A DNA stretch of 64,000 bases, taken from sequence record SRR9188677_110; one strand, 5' to 3'. How positions within the stretch are numbered: position 1 is the stretch's first letter; every line of letters begins with the position of its first letter. The position numbers were made by a program, and so were the translations under genes. The notes beneath the pieces are model-generated. The model was not told the DNA's origin, did not search any database, and saw only the letters and a program-made list of their open reading frames with translations. Below are positions 11,298 through 20,029 of the stretch, one piece after another.

Positions 11298-11364
11298 AGT
11301 ATCAAGTATTGAGTATCAAGTAGTAAGACGTTACAAAAACTTTAGTCTTTGGTCTTTAAGCTTT
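11298..11364. repeat. Bipartite heptamer repeat module
   Basis: agtatca agtattg agtatca agtagta agac ... ctttagtctttggtctttaagcttt. Confidence 0.8.
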
Positions 11365-11374
11365 CAGCTAAATA

Positions 11375-13753
11375 TTATTCGTATTTTAAAGCCTCTACAG
11401 GGTTAGCTGTGGCCGATTTATAGGCTTGAAAGCTTATGGTAAACAAAGCCATTAACAATGTTCCAAATCCAGCTATTGGTATAATCCACCAGGAGATTTC
11501 GGTGTGAAATTCAAATTTATTGAGCCAAATATTCATCAAATAATAACTTAATGGTATTGCAATAACTAACGACACCACAATCATTTTAACAAAAGAAAGT
11601 GATAGTAATTGCATAAGGTTAAATAATGTTGCACCCAAAACTTTACGCACACCAAACTCCTTTGTTCTTTGTTCTGCACTGTAGGCTACTAAACCATATA
11701 AACCTAAACACGATACAAAAATTGCCAATCCACCAAAAAGATTAGAGAGTATGCCCAAAGTTTTTTCTGACTTGTACTTAGCCTGATAGATATCATCTAT
11801 AAAATTGATTTCTACTGGGTAAGAAGGATTGATGGTTTTAATTATCCGACTAATAGTTTCAACATTACTTTGTAAACTATTTGCATTATTAAGGCGCATA
11901 GTGATGGTACCTGTTTGTTTTGGATTCAAAAATATAACCTGAGGATTATTTGATTTGTAAGGAGAATCCCAAACGTAATCATCAAACACACCAATGATAT
12001 AGGCATTTGTACCAAATAGATTTACCTTTTTACCTATCGGATTTTTATAACCAAAAACTTTTACAGCCGAAGCACTCACAATTAAAGCATTTGTATCTGA
12101 TGCGAATTGCTTAGAAAAATCTCGCCCTTGCAATAACTTTATCCCATTGGTTTTTATAAAATCGTAAGTTGTTGCCACTTGGTTAAACATGATGGTATTT
12201 TCTGGCTTTGTCATTCCATCCCATTTGATATCCATAAAATTACGCCCACGATGAGAAAGACCAACCGAAGATTGATACATTGAGGTTACCGCACCCGATT
12301 TTAGTGCCTCAGTTTTAAATAGCTCAAACTTTGTTTTCAATTCTCCATCCTGAGGAATTTCTACGAGCGCATTTACATCAAAACCTACCGGTCTATTTTT
12401 AATAAACTGAATTTGGCGATAGATCACTAGTGTTGAAATAATAAGGATGATTGCGAAGCTAAATTGACCAACAACAAGCACCTGCCTTAAACTTATGGTA
12501 AAAAAGCCTTTAGCTGTAACTTTTCTTTTTAAGGTTTGGATAGGATTAAAAGCTGATAAATAAAATGCAGGATAGCTACCCGCAATTAAACCTGTAGCAA
12601 TTACAATCCCCAAAATGCCAATCCAACTGCTCGTATCAAAATAAGAGATGCTTAAGTTAATCGCCAAAAGCTTACTAAATGTTGGCAAACTAATTTCCAA
12701 AAAAGCAATAGCAACCACAACTGCCAAAAAAGTTAACACCATCGATTCAGTTAAAAACTGAAAAATTAATGAGCTACGATTTGCACCAATTGTTTTTTTA
12801 ATGCCAACCTCCTTTGCTCTTTTTTCTGATTTAGCTGTAGCCATGTTCATAAAATTGATGCAAGCAATTAATAATATCCCAAAAGCCAAACCTGTAAAAA
12901 GCCAAATTTGCTCAATATCGCCACCAACATTTACTCCGTTCTCAAACTTATTATATAAATGTAGTTTGCTTGCCTGATACAGAAAATGTGGCTGTGATTG
13001 CGAATTCTGTGGGACATTAGCTTTAACCAAAGCATCAATCTTGCGGTTTACTAAATCGATATTGGCACCATCCTTAAGCAAAACCATGGTTACAAAACTA
13101 TAGTTGTTCCAGTTTAAATCTTTAGCACTTTCATCTACAATTTCATAAAAAGACCAAGGCATCAAAAAATCAAAACGGTTAGAACTATTTTCGGGCAAGT
13201 CTTTAATTACACCTGTTATGGTTAAGTTTTCTCTATCCTGATAGCGTACTGATTTATTTAAAACAGCCGTTGTGCCGAATAAAATTTTAGCTGTACTTTC
13301 GGTTAAAATAACCGAAAAAGGATTGCTTAAAGCAGTCTTTGCATTACCATAAACAAACTGGTAATCGTACATTTTAAGTATACCTGGCTCAGCAAATTTC
13401 GAATCTTTCTTATAGCTGTTTTCACCATTGGTAATCAGGCCTTTCCTTCCATAATCCATTCGGGCAACATAGGCTACCTCAGGTAAATTTTGTTTCAAAA
13501 GTGGCCCCAATGCAGTTGTAGAACCATAAAATGTATTAGCGATTTTATTTCCCTCTCCCGGCACATTAGTCATTGCCATATATACATTTCGCCAGTTTTT
13601 AGTCTGTTTATCAAAATTCAACTCGTAAGTAACGTACAAGAGCAGCATTAAACAAGCAGCAAGGCCAATTGATAAGCCAATTACGTTTATAAAAGAAGAA
13701 GTTTTATTCTTCCATAAATTACGCAACGCGATTTTTATATTGAGTTTAAACAT
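11375..13753 (-). CDS. ABC transporter permease, tandem MacB-PCD/FtsX domains
   Basis: 792 aa; family motifs, EALKYE end. Confidence 0.92.
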   Translation of the reverse strand: MFKLNIKIALRNLWKNKTSSFINVIGLSIGLAACLMLLLYVTYELNFDKQTKNWRNVYMAMTNVPGEGNKIANTFYGSTTALGPLLKQNLPEVAYVARMDYGRKGLITNGENSYKKDSKFAEPGILKMYDYQFVYGNAKTALSNPFSVILTESTAKILFGTTAVLNKSVRYQDRENLTITGVIKDLPENSSNRFDFLMPWSFYEIVDESAKDLNWNNYSFVTMVLLKDGANIDLVNRKIDALVKANVPQNSQSQPHFLYQASKLHLYNKFENGVNVGGDIEQIWLFTGLAFGILLIACINFMNMATAKSEKRAKEVGIKKTIGANRSSLIFQFLTESMVLTFLAVVVAIAFLEISLPTFSKLLAINLSISYFDTSSWIGILGIVIATGLIAGSYPAFYLSAFNPIQTLKRKVTAKGFFTISLRQVLVVGQFSFAIILIISTLVIYRQIQFIKNRPVGFDVNALVEIPQDGELKTKFELFKTEALKSGAVTSMYQSSVGLSHRGRNFMDIKWDGMTKPENTIMFNQVATTYDFIKTNGIKLLQGRDFSKQFASDTNALIVSASAVKVFGYKNPIGKKVNLFGTNAYIIGVFDDYVWDSPYKSNNPQVIFLNPKQTGTITMRLNNANSLQSNVETISRIIKTINPSYPVEINFIDDIYQAKYKSEKTLGILSNLFGGLAIFVSCLGLYGLVAYSAEQRTKEFGVRKVLGATLFNLMQLLSLSFVKMIVVSLVIAIPLSYYLMNIWLNKFEFHTEISWWIIPIAGFGTLLMALFTISFQAYKSATANPVEALKYE

Positions 13754-13759
13754 TTTAAT

Positions 13760-13819
13760 AGATTTGAGGATTGAGATATGAGATTTGAGACATGGCTTTG
13801 GTCTTTGGTCTTTTAGCTT
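13760..13819. repeat. Bipartite heptamer repeat module (AGATTTG variant)
   Basis: agatttg aggattg agatatg agatttg agac ... ctttggtctttggtcttttagctt. Confidence 0.75.
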
Positions 13820-13822
13820 AAA

Positions 13823-16216
13823 TTATTCGTATTTAAGTGCATCAACAGGGTTAGAGCTTGCAGCCTTAATAGATTGCATACTTACAATTAGAATAGTGAG
13901 GATAAGCGTAATTACACCTGATAAGATATAAGGCATAATCGGCATATCAATTCTAAAGGCAAATTCTTTTAACCATTTGTCTAATACGAAATAGGCAATT
14001 GGCCAGGCAATTAGGTTCGCAATTAAAACTAACAGTGCAAAACCTTTATTAAGCAGTTTTAAAATATCTAGTATTGAAGCGCCTAATACTTTTCTAATAT
14101 TAATTTCTTTGCTTCTTCTTTGGGTGGTAAAAGCTGCAATGGCAAATAAACCAGTTAAAGCTAAAGCAATTGTAACTATAGATAGCAAGCCAATTAACTG
14201 GCGTAATTGTGCCTGACTTGCTAGCATTTTTTTAAAAGAGTTGTCTAACAGACTATATTTTATAGGGAAATCTGGCTCTAATTTAGCCCATTCCTGCTCT
14301 ATTTGATTTAATGCAGAAGCTGATTGTTTTGGATCTAGATTAACAATTAAATAACGTAAGGGATTACCTTTGATATACTGAAAAACAATTGACTGATAGC
14401 TTTTTTCAGGGCTATAATGATTAAAATCCTTAACTAACCCAATAATATTTACATCCGTACCATGAAGTTTTATTGTTTTACCAACTGGATGATCAATACC
14501 AAAGCTTTTTGCAGCAGTTTCAGTTAAAATGATCGATTTTGTAGTATCTAACGGATTTGCCGCACTGTAATCTCTTCCATCTATCATTTTCATTCCCATT
14601 GCCTCAAAATAACCTACATCTATAGATATAAAATTACCAGAATAAGTTTTTCCATTGGCGCCATAACTATTTCCACCCATATCTTCTCCGGGAATATGAT
14701 CGGCCCTTGAAATTGTACGAATACCTGGAATTGATTTTAAAGTATTTTTGATTTTATTGTAATGTTGATCACTCATGTTTTGCATCAGATTAATGGCCAA
14801 AACCTGTTGTGGTTTGTACCCAAGATCTTTTTGCTGCATGTAATTTAGCTGACTGTTGATGATCCAAATTCCAGCAATAAACACCACTGCTATAGTAAAC
14901 TGCGTTACAATTAATCCATTTCTTACCCAATGCCCCCTATTACTTGCACTAAAATTTCCTTTAAGTACAAGCGCTGGTACAATATTGCTAATTAATAATG
15001 CTGGATAAGCTCCTACCAATAGCGTAATCAGCACCAAAGTAATTGAAATTTGAACAAGGATTTGCCCATAATCGCTTAATTTTTCGAGCACTATTGACGT
15101 ACCTAGCAGCGCATTAAATGAAGGTAAAAAGAGTTCAACCAAAATTAAAGCTAAAACAAAGCTAAATAAGCATTGAAGAGCAGTTTCTAATATAAACTGG
15201 AGAACCAATTGCAACTTTTGAGCACCAAGTACTTTTCTAACACTAGTTTCCTTAACCCTGCGTGTAGCCATATTAACAGAAAGGTTAGTGAAATTTATGG
15301 CCGCAATAATTAAAACCAGAAAAGCCACTACTAGCGTAATGTACATATACTTTCCTACACCGTTGTTTACAAATTCATATTCAACATTAGAGGTCGTTAA
15401 ATGAATGTCTTTTACGGGTTGGATATAGAGCGTGTTATTTTTAATAAAATCTAAAAACCCATTTTGTTCTTCAATAGGTTGCTTACGCATTTCTGCAAGT
15501 AAAGTTTCTTTCCTTATCGCATTCAAACTTTTGGCAGCTTGAACTAGGTTAGTATTTTTTACAAACTTAACGTACGTATAATAATTGTTGCTGTAATAAT
15601 CTGTTGACGCACTATTTTTAAACCTTTTGATCATGTTAAATTTAAAATGAGAAGGATATCTAGCTACATCTACTACAGCATCAACAAGATAACCAGTTTG
15701 ATTATCCATAGAAATAGTTTCTCCAACAGGATTTACGCCTTTTCCAAATAACAGCTCGCTGTATGCTTTACTCAAAATAACAGTCTGTGGTTTAGCTAAT
15801 GCATTCTTTACATCGCCATAAACTGCAGGATACTGAAAAACCTTAAAAAAATTACTATCTGCTAATAAAACATCATTAACATATAAATTTTTGGATTTGG
15901 TTTTCACCAACATATCTCCATTCCAATAATCAACAATACGTGTTGCTGCAGTTATTGCTGGGATATTTTGCTTACTTATTGTGGCTAAATTACCTGGGCT
16001 TAAAGCTACATCCTCAGCATCTGTAGAGGTATAATTTACCCTATAGATTTGCTGATAATCTGCATTCCATGCATCATAGCTACGCTGGTAATTTGCATAA
16101 AGCATTGCCATAATAAAAATGGTTAAGGCTATAGCTAAGCCAGCAATACTAATAAAAGCATAGCTTTTATTCTTCCAAAAGTTGCGCAGGGCGATTTTTA
16201 TATTGAGTTTAAACAT
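13823..16216 (-). CDS. ABC transporter permease, tandem MacB-PCD/FtsX domains
   Basis: 797 aa; family motifs, DALKYE end. Confidence 0.92.
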   Translation of the reverse strand: MFKLNIKIALRNFWKNKSYAFISIAGLAIALTIFIMAMLYANYQRSYDAWNADYQQIYRVNYTSTDAEDVALSPGNLATISKQNIPAITAATRIVDYWNGDMLVKTKSKNLYVNDVLLADSNFFKVFQYPAVYGDVKNALAKPQTVILSKAYSELLFGKGVNPVGETISMDNQTGYLVDAVVDVARYPSHFKFNMIKRFKNSASTDYYSNNYYTYVKFVKNTNLVQAAKSLNAIRKETLLAEMRKQPIEEQNGFLDFIKNNTLYIQPVKDIHLTTSNVEYEFVNNGVGKYMYITLVVAFLVLIIAAINFTNLSVNMATRRVKETSVRKVLGAQKLQLVLQFILETALQCLFSFVLALILVELFLPSFNALLGTSIVLEKLSDYGQILVQISITLVLITLLVGAYPALLISNIVPALVLKGNFSASNRGHWVRNGLIVTQFTIAVVFIAGIWIINSQLNYMQQKDLGYKPQQVLAINLMQNMSDQHYNKIKNTLKSIPGIRTISRADHIPGEDMGGNSYGANGKTYSGNFISIDVGYFEAMGMKMIDGRDYSAANPLDTTKSIILTETAAKSFGIDHPVGKTIKLHGTDVNIIGLVKDFNHYSPEKSYQSIVFQYIKGNPLRYLIVNLDPKQSASALNQIEQEWAKLEPDFPIKYSLLDNSFKKMLASQAQLRQLIGLLSIVTIALALTGLFAIAAFTTQRRSKEINIRKVLGASILDILKLLNKGFALLVLIANLIAWPIAYFVLDKWLKEFAFRIDMPIMPYILSGVITLILTILIVSMQSIKAASSNPVDALKYE

Positions 16217-16221
16217 AGCGT

Positions 16222-16287
16222 AGTTATGGGTTTTGAGTTATGCGTTATGAGCCTAGGCTGGTAACCTATAACCCATAACTCGTAACT
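16222..16287. repeat. Inverted pair of heptamer repeats (AGTTATG-type / CATAACT-type)
   Basis: agttatg ggttttg agttatg cgttatg ... tataacc cataact cgtaact; arms are reverse-complementary. Confidence 0.7.
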
Positions 16288-16290
16288 TTA

Positions 16291-16989
16291 TTAAATTAAT
16301 TCTTCAGTTCTTCCTTTATTTACTTTTTCAGAAATTACGTGCCCATCTTTAAGGTTGATAATGCGGTTACTAAAACTGGCATCGTGGCTAGAGTGTGTTA
16401 CCATTACGATAGTGGTTCCGGTTTCGTTTAGCTCACAAAGTAATTCCATCACCTCGTTACCATGTGTACTATCCAAATTACCCGTTGGCTCATCGGCTAA
16501 AACCAATTTGGGTTTAGTAACTAAAGCCCTTGCTACTGCAACACGTTGCTGTTGTCCGCCAGATAGTTGTTGCGGGAAGTGACCAGAACGGTTAACAATA
16601 TTCATTCTGCCAATAATTTCGTTCACCAATTTTTTACGTTCGCCAGCTGGTACCTTGTTATAAATTAAAGGCAATTCAATATTTTCAAAAACTGTTAACT
16701 CATCAATTAAATTAAAATTCTGAAACACAAAACCCATATTTTTCTTCCTGAAATTTGAGCGCTCTTTGTCATTTAAAGTCAACAGCTCGGTGTCAATAAA
16801 TTTGTAACTTCCACTTTCTGGTTTATCCAAAAGGCCCATCACATTTAATAAGGTTGATTTTCCGCAGCCCGATGGCCCCATGATAGATACAAACTCGCCA
16901 GCTTTAACATGTAGGTTGATGCCGTTTAATGCAGTAGTCTCAATTTCTTCAGTTTTGTAAACCTTTTCTAGGTTTTCTATTTTAATCAT
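16291..16989 (-). CDS. ABC transporter ATP-binding protein (MacB/LolD-like)
   Basis: GPSGCGKST, LSGGQQQR, LADEPTGNLD. Confidence 0.95.
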   Translation of the reverse strand: MIKIENLEKVYKTEEIETTALNGINLHVKAGEFVSIMGPSGCGKSTLLNVMGLLDKPESGSYKFIDTELLTLNDKERSNFRKKNMGFVFQNFNLIDELTVFENIELPLIYNKVPAGERKKLVNEIIGRMNIVNRSGHFPQQLSGGQQQRVAVARALVTKPKLVLADEPTGNLDSTHGNEVMELLCELNETGTTIVMVTHSSHDASFSNRIINLKDGHVISEKVNKGRTEELI

Positions 16990-17128
16990 AACAATGGTTG
17001 TAAAGTTTAAATGTTGTATAATTGAAATGTTTCGATTTTTAAATCTCCCACTTCAGTACTCCTATCTTTAAAGTTGGTGCTCCCATCAACGCACCTGACG
17101 AGGAGCTTAACCAACCTAAATTTTATTT

Positions 17129-18373
17129 TTAATTCCCAATTTCTATAATATCATATTGCGTGAACTGATCATATGATGAAGTGATTACCTCTTCGTCCTT
17201 TTGTAAGCCTTCCAAAACCTCATAGTACAGATAATTTTTTCGCCCAATTTTTACATTTCTTTTGGTTGCTTTGCCATTGGCTACTACAAATACCCAGCTA
17301 CCTCCAGTACTCTGAAAAAACTGCCCCTGACTTAGTAAAAGTGATTTGCTATTGTCAGACAAAGTAAGCTTAACTTGCATAGATAAGCCTCTTCTTAACT
17401 CGTCGGGAGATTTACCATCAAACACCAACTCTATCTGAAATTGTCCGGCTGTTACCTCAGGAATTACCTTTCTAACGGTTAACACATAGTTTTTGCCATT
17501 AAATTCACATTGTGCGGTTTGCCCCTCTTTTACACGATTGATATAATATTCATCAACCCCAGCTTGCAGCTTATAACCTTGTAATACATCAATTTTCCCT
17601 AACATTTCATTGGCATTGTAAGATTTACCGATTACCGGATCATAAGAGGACAATCTACCGGAAACTGGAGCTTTAATGGTCATGTTTTCAATATTCTGGC
17701 GGATGGTTTGCAAACTCTCGTTCATCCTGCCAATAGATTGTTCAATTTGCTGTAATTGCATTACCCTGCTCTGGTTCTCTTGCCTTACTGCTTGTTTTAA
17801 CAATGCTTTTCTTCCTAGGTAGTACTCATAATCCTGACTAGAATTCGCAAATTCTTGTTGCGTAATTACCCTTTTTGCATATAAAGTGCTATCAGTTTTA
17901 TACTTCCTTGTTGATGTGATTAACTTGTTCTCAATATCCATCATATCTTGGGTAATGATCCGTTGATTCTGTTCCAAATCTAACCTTAACTTACGCAACT
18001 GATTAATTTGCTCCGTAATGCTAGTTTCGCTAGCAGTGTAACTAGATAAGGCATTAGGGTTTGAAATTCTAAGCAAAGGCGTACCGGCAACAACCGAAGC
18101 ACCATTTTCTACAAATATTTGCGCAACTGTACCTCCTTCTGGCGAACTTACAATAACTGATGTTAAAGGAACAACGCTGGCATTAAGTAAAACAACATCT
18201 TCAAAATCGCCATATCGTACTTTACTAATGGTAATTTTATCAGCCGATGCTTTATACACTTTATTTAACGATAAACTATAGCCATAAGCCACAACTAAAA
18301 GGAAAGCTGCCACACCAACAATAATTAATATTGTTTTTTTATTGAATTTCTTTTTCTCTACTATTCTGTCCAT
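17129..18373 (-). CDS. HlyD/MacA-family periplasmic adaptor (membrane fusion protein)
   Basis: N-terminal TM anchor, coiled-coil hairpin, IKAPVSG lipoyl-like motif. Start placed at ATG 18373 (MDRIVEKKK) because the longer ORF-track start overlaps the sigma54 promoter. Confidence 0.88.
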   Translation of the reverse strand: MDRIVEKKKFNKKTILIIVGVAAFLLVVAYGYSLSLNKVYKASADKITISKVRYGDFEDVVLLNASVVPLTSVIVSSPEGGTVAQIFVENGASVVAGTPLLRISNPNALSSYTASETSITEQINQLRKLRLDLEQNQRIITQDMMDIENKLITSTRKYKTDSTLYAKRVITQQEFANSSQDYEYYLGRKALLKQAVRQENQSRVMQLQQIEQSIGRMNESLQTIRQNIENMTIKAPVSGRLSSYDPVIGKSYNANEMLGKIDVLQGYKLQAGVDEYYINRVKEGQTAQCEFNGKNYVLTVRKVIPEVTAGQFQIELVFDGKSPDELRRGLSMQVKLTLSDNSKSLLLSQGQFFQSTGGSWVFVVANGKATKRNVKIGRKNYLYYEVLEGLQKDEEVITSSYDQFTQYDIIEIGN

Positions 18374-18404
18374 TTGATTTTGATGGTATAATGCATTGTC
18401 ATTT

Positions 18405-18419
18405 ACCAAGTTTGTGCCA
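18405..18419 (-). promoter_or_regulatory. Putative sigma54 -24/-12 promoter of the efflux operon
   Basis: Minus strand TGGCACAAACTTGGT (perfect TGGCAC -24 element, GG-N10-GT). Confidence 0.65.
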
Positions 18420-18480
18420 ACTAAAGATAAATTTTTAATAAATTGATTATCAGTAATTTAAAAATTTTATTAAAATTGAG

Positions 18481-18519
18481 CTGTTCATTTCCGAACAGTC
18501 ATTGTGCAACATCGAACAG
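18481..18519. promoter_or_regulatory. Tandem palindromic enhancer sites for the adjacent NtrC-family activator
   Basis: CTGTTC-ATTTCC-GAACAG (perfect 6-bp arms) and TTGTGC-AACATC-GAACAG, 21 bp apart. Confidence 0.65.
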
Positions 18520-18562
18520 TTGAGTTAATTTTACCTCGCCACTCTCATCAAAGAGAGAATTT

Positions 18563-19945
18563 GTGCAAAGCAAAATGACAGAAGCAAACATATTGGTAAT
18601 TGACGATGATGACGACATCTTATTAAGTGCTCGTTTATTCTTAAAGCAGCATTTTAGTCAGGTACTTACCTGTAAATCGCCGAGAGAGATAAATGTAATG
18701 CTCAGTAAAAACGAAGTGGACATTATCTTGCTAGACATGAACTATCAAAAAGGAGCAAGTGATGGCAGAGAAGGACTTTATTGGCTAGAACATATTCTTT
18801 CTATAGATAAAGATTATGTAGTAATTTTAATGACAGCTTTTGGAAATGTAGAATTAGCTGTGCAAGCCATTAAAAAAGGAGCTACAGATTTTATCCTTAA
18901 ACCCTGGGAAAATGAAAAGCTTTTTGCTACACTATCTGCTGCTACTAAACTAAGGCAATCTAATAAAAAGGTTAAAAAGCTTGAGAAAATACATAGCTCT
19001 ATACAAAATGATATGGCTCGTAAATTTGAGCATATTGTAGGCAATGATGCAAGTGTACAACATTTACAAAAAACACTTACCAAAGTTGCCCCAACAGATG
19101 CTAACGTGTTAATTTTAGGTGAAAACGGAACTGGAAAACAAGTGTTTGCTTTGGAGCTTCATAAAAACTCCCTCAGAAGAAAGCAGATTTTTATGCATGT
19201 TGATTTAGGTTCACTTAATGAAAATCTTTTTGAAAGTGAGCTATTTGGATATGCCAAAGGGGCTTTTACAGATGCAAGGGAAGATAAGCCTGGTCGCTTT
19301 GAAATGGCTGATGGTGGCACAATATTTCTTGATGAAATTGGCAATCTTTCTCTTCCGCTTCAAGCTAAATTATTAAGTGTACTACAAAACCGAACGGTAA
19401 TTCGTTTAGGAGAAAGCAAAGAAAGAAAAATTGACATCCGTTTAGTTAGTGCAACCAATATGCCCTTAAATGAAATGGTTGCAAAAGGAACTTTTAGACA
19501 AGATTTGCTTTTCAGGATCAACACGGTAGAGCTGGTGCTATCGCCTTTAAGGGAGCGTGGTGATGACATCATTTTGCTAGCCAATCATTTTTTACAAGTT
19601 TTTAATGGAAAATACCACAAAAACATTAAAAGCATTGGCCAAAAAGCCAAGCAAATACTGTTAAACTATAAATGGCCCGGCAATATCAGAGAGCTTCAGC
19701 ATGTGATAGAAAGGGCTATTATTATGACAGATGGGCAGGAAATAACAGAAGATGATTTACAGCTATCAACCCAAAAATTCGGAAGCCAAAGTATTTTGCA
19801 AAGTGATATGCCATTAGATGAAATGGAAAAATTAATGGTTAATAAAGCTATAGACAAGCATAAGGGGAATATTTCTAAAGCAGCTGCTGAACTTGGCTTA
19901 ACCAGAGCAGCACTCTATAGAAGAATTGAAAAGTTTGGGTTATAA
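18563..19945 (+). CDS. Sigma54-dependent NtrC-family response regulator (REC-AAA+-Fis HTH)
   Basis: REC (LLDMNY), GENGTGK, ESELFG..GAFTDA, FLDEIG, WPGNIREL, HTH AAAELGLTRAALYRR; alternative ATG start at 18575. Confidence 0.95.
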   Translation: MQSKMTEANILVIDDDDDILLSARLFLKQHFSQVLTCKSPREINVMLSKNEVDIILLDMNYQKGASDGREGLYWLEHILSIDKDYVVILMTAFGNVELAVQAIKKGATDFILKPWENEKLFATLSAATKLRQSNKKVKKLEKIHSSIQNDMARKFEHIVGNDASVQHLQKTLTKVAPTDANVLILGENGTGKQVFALELHKNSLRRKQIFMHVDLGSLNENLFESELFGYAKGAFTDAREDKPGRFEMADGGTIFLDEIGNLSLPLQAKLLSVLQNRTVIRLGESKERKIDIRLVSATNMPLNEMVAKGTFRQDLLFRINTVELVLSPLRERGDDIILLANHFLQVFNGKYHKNIKSIGQKAKQILLNYKWPGNIRELQHVIERAIIMTDGQEITEDDLQLSTQKFGSQSILQSDMPLDEMEKLMVNKAIDKHKGNISKAAAELGLTRAALYRRIEKFGL

Positions 19946-20029
19946 ATATCTATCACAAAGGAATAAAATGCTAAACCAAAAAAAATGTTGAAATTTAAAA
20001 ACGAAATAAGCTAAATTGTACAAAACCTT

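Noticed and set aside
5465-16287. CRISPR array or integron attC sites suggested by recurring spacer repeats
   Set aside because: Repeats are degenerate 7-mers separated by whole genes; no constant 25-45 bp repeat with short spacers, no cas or integron integrase, no attC-type palindromes.
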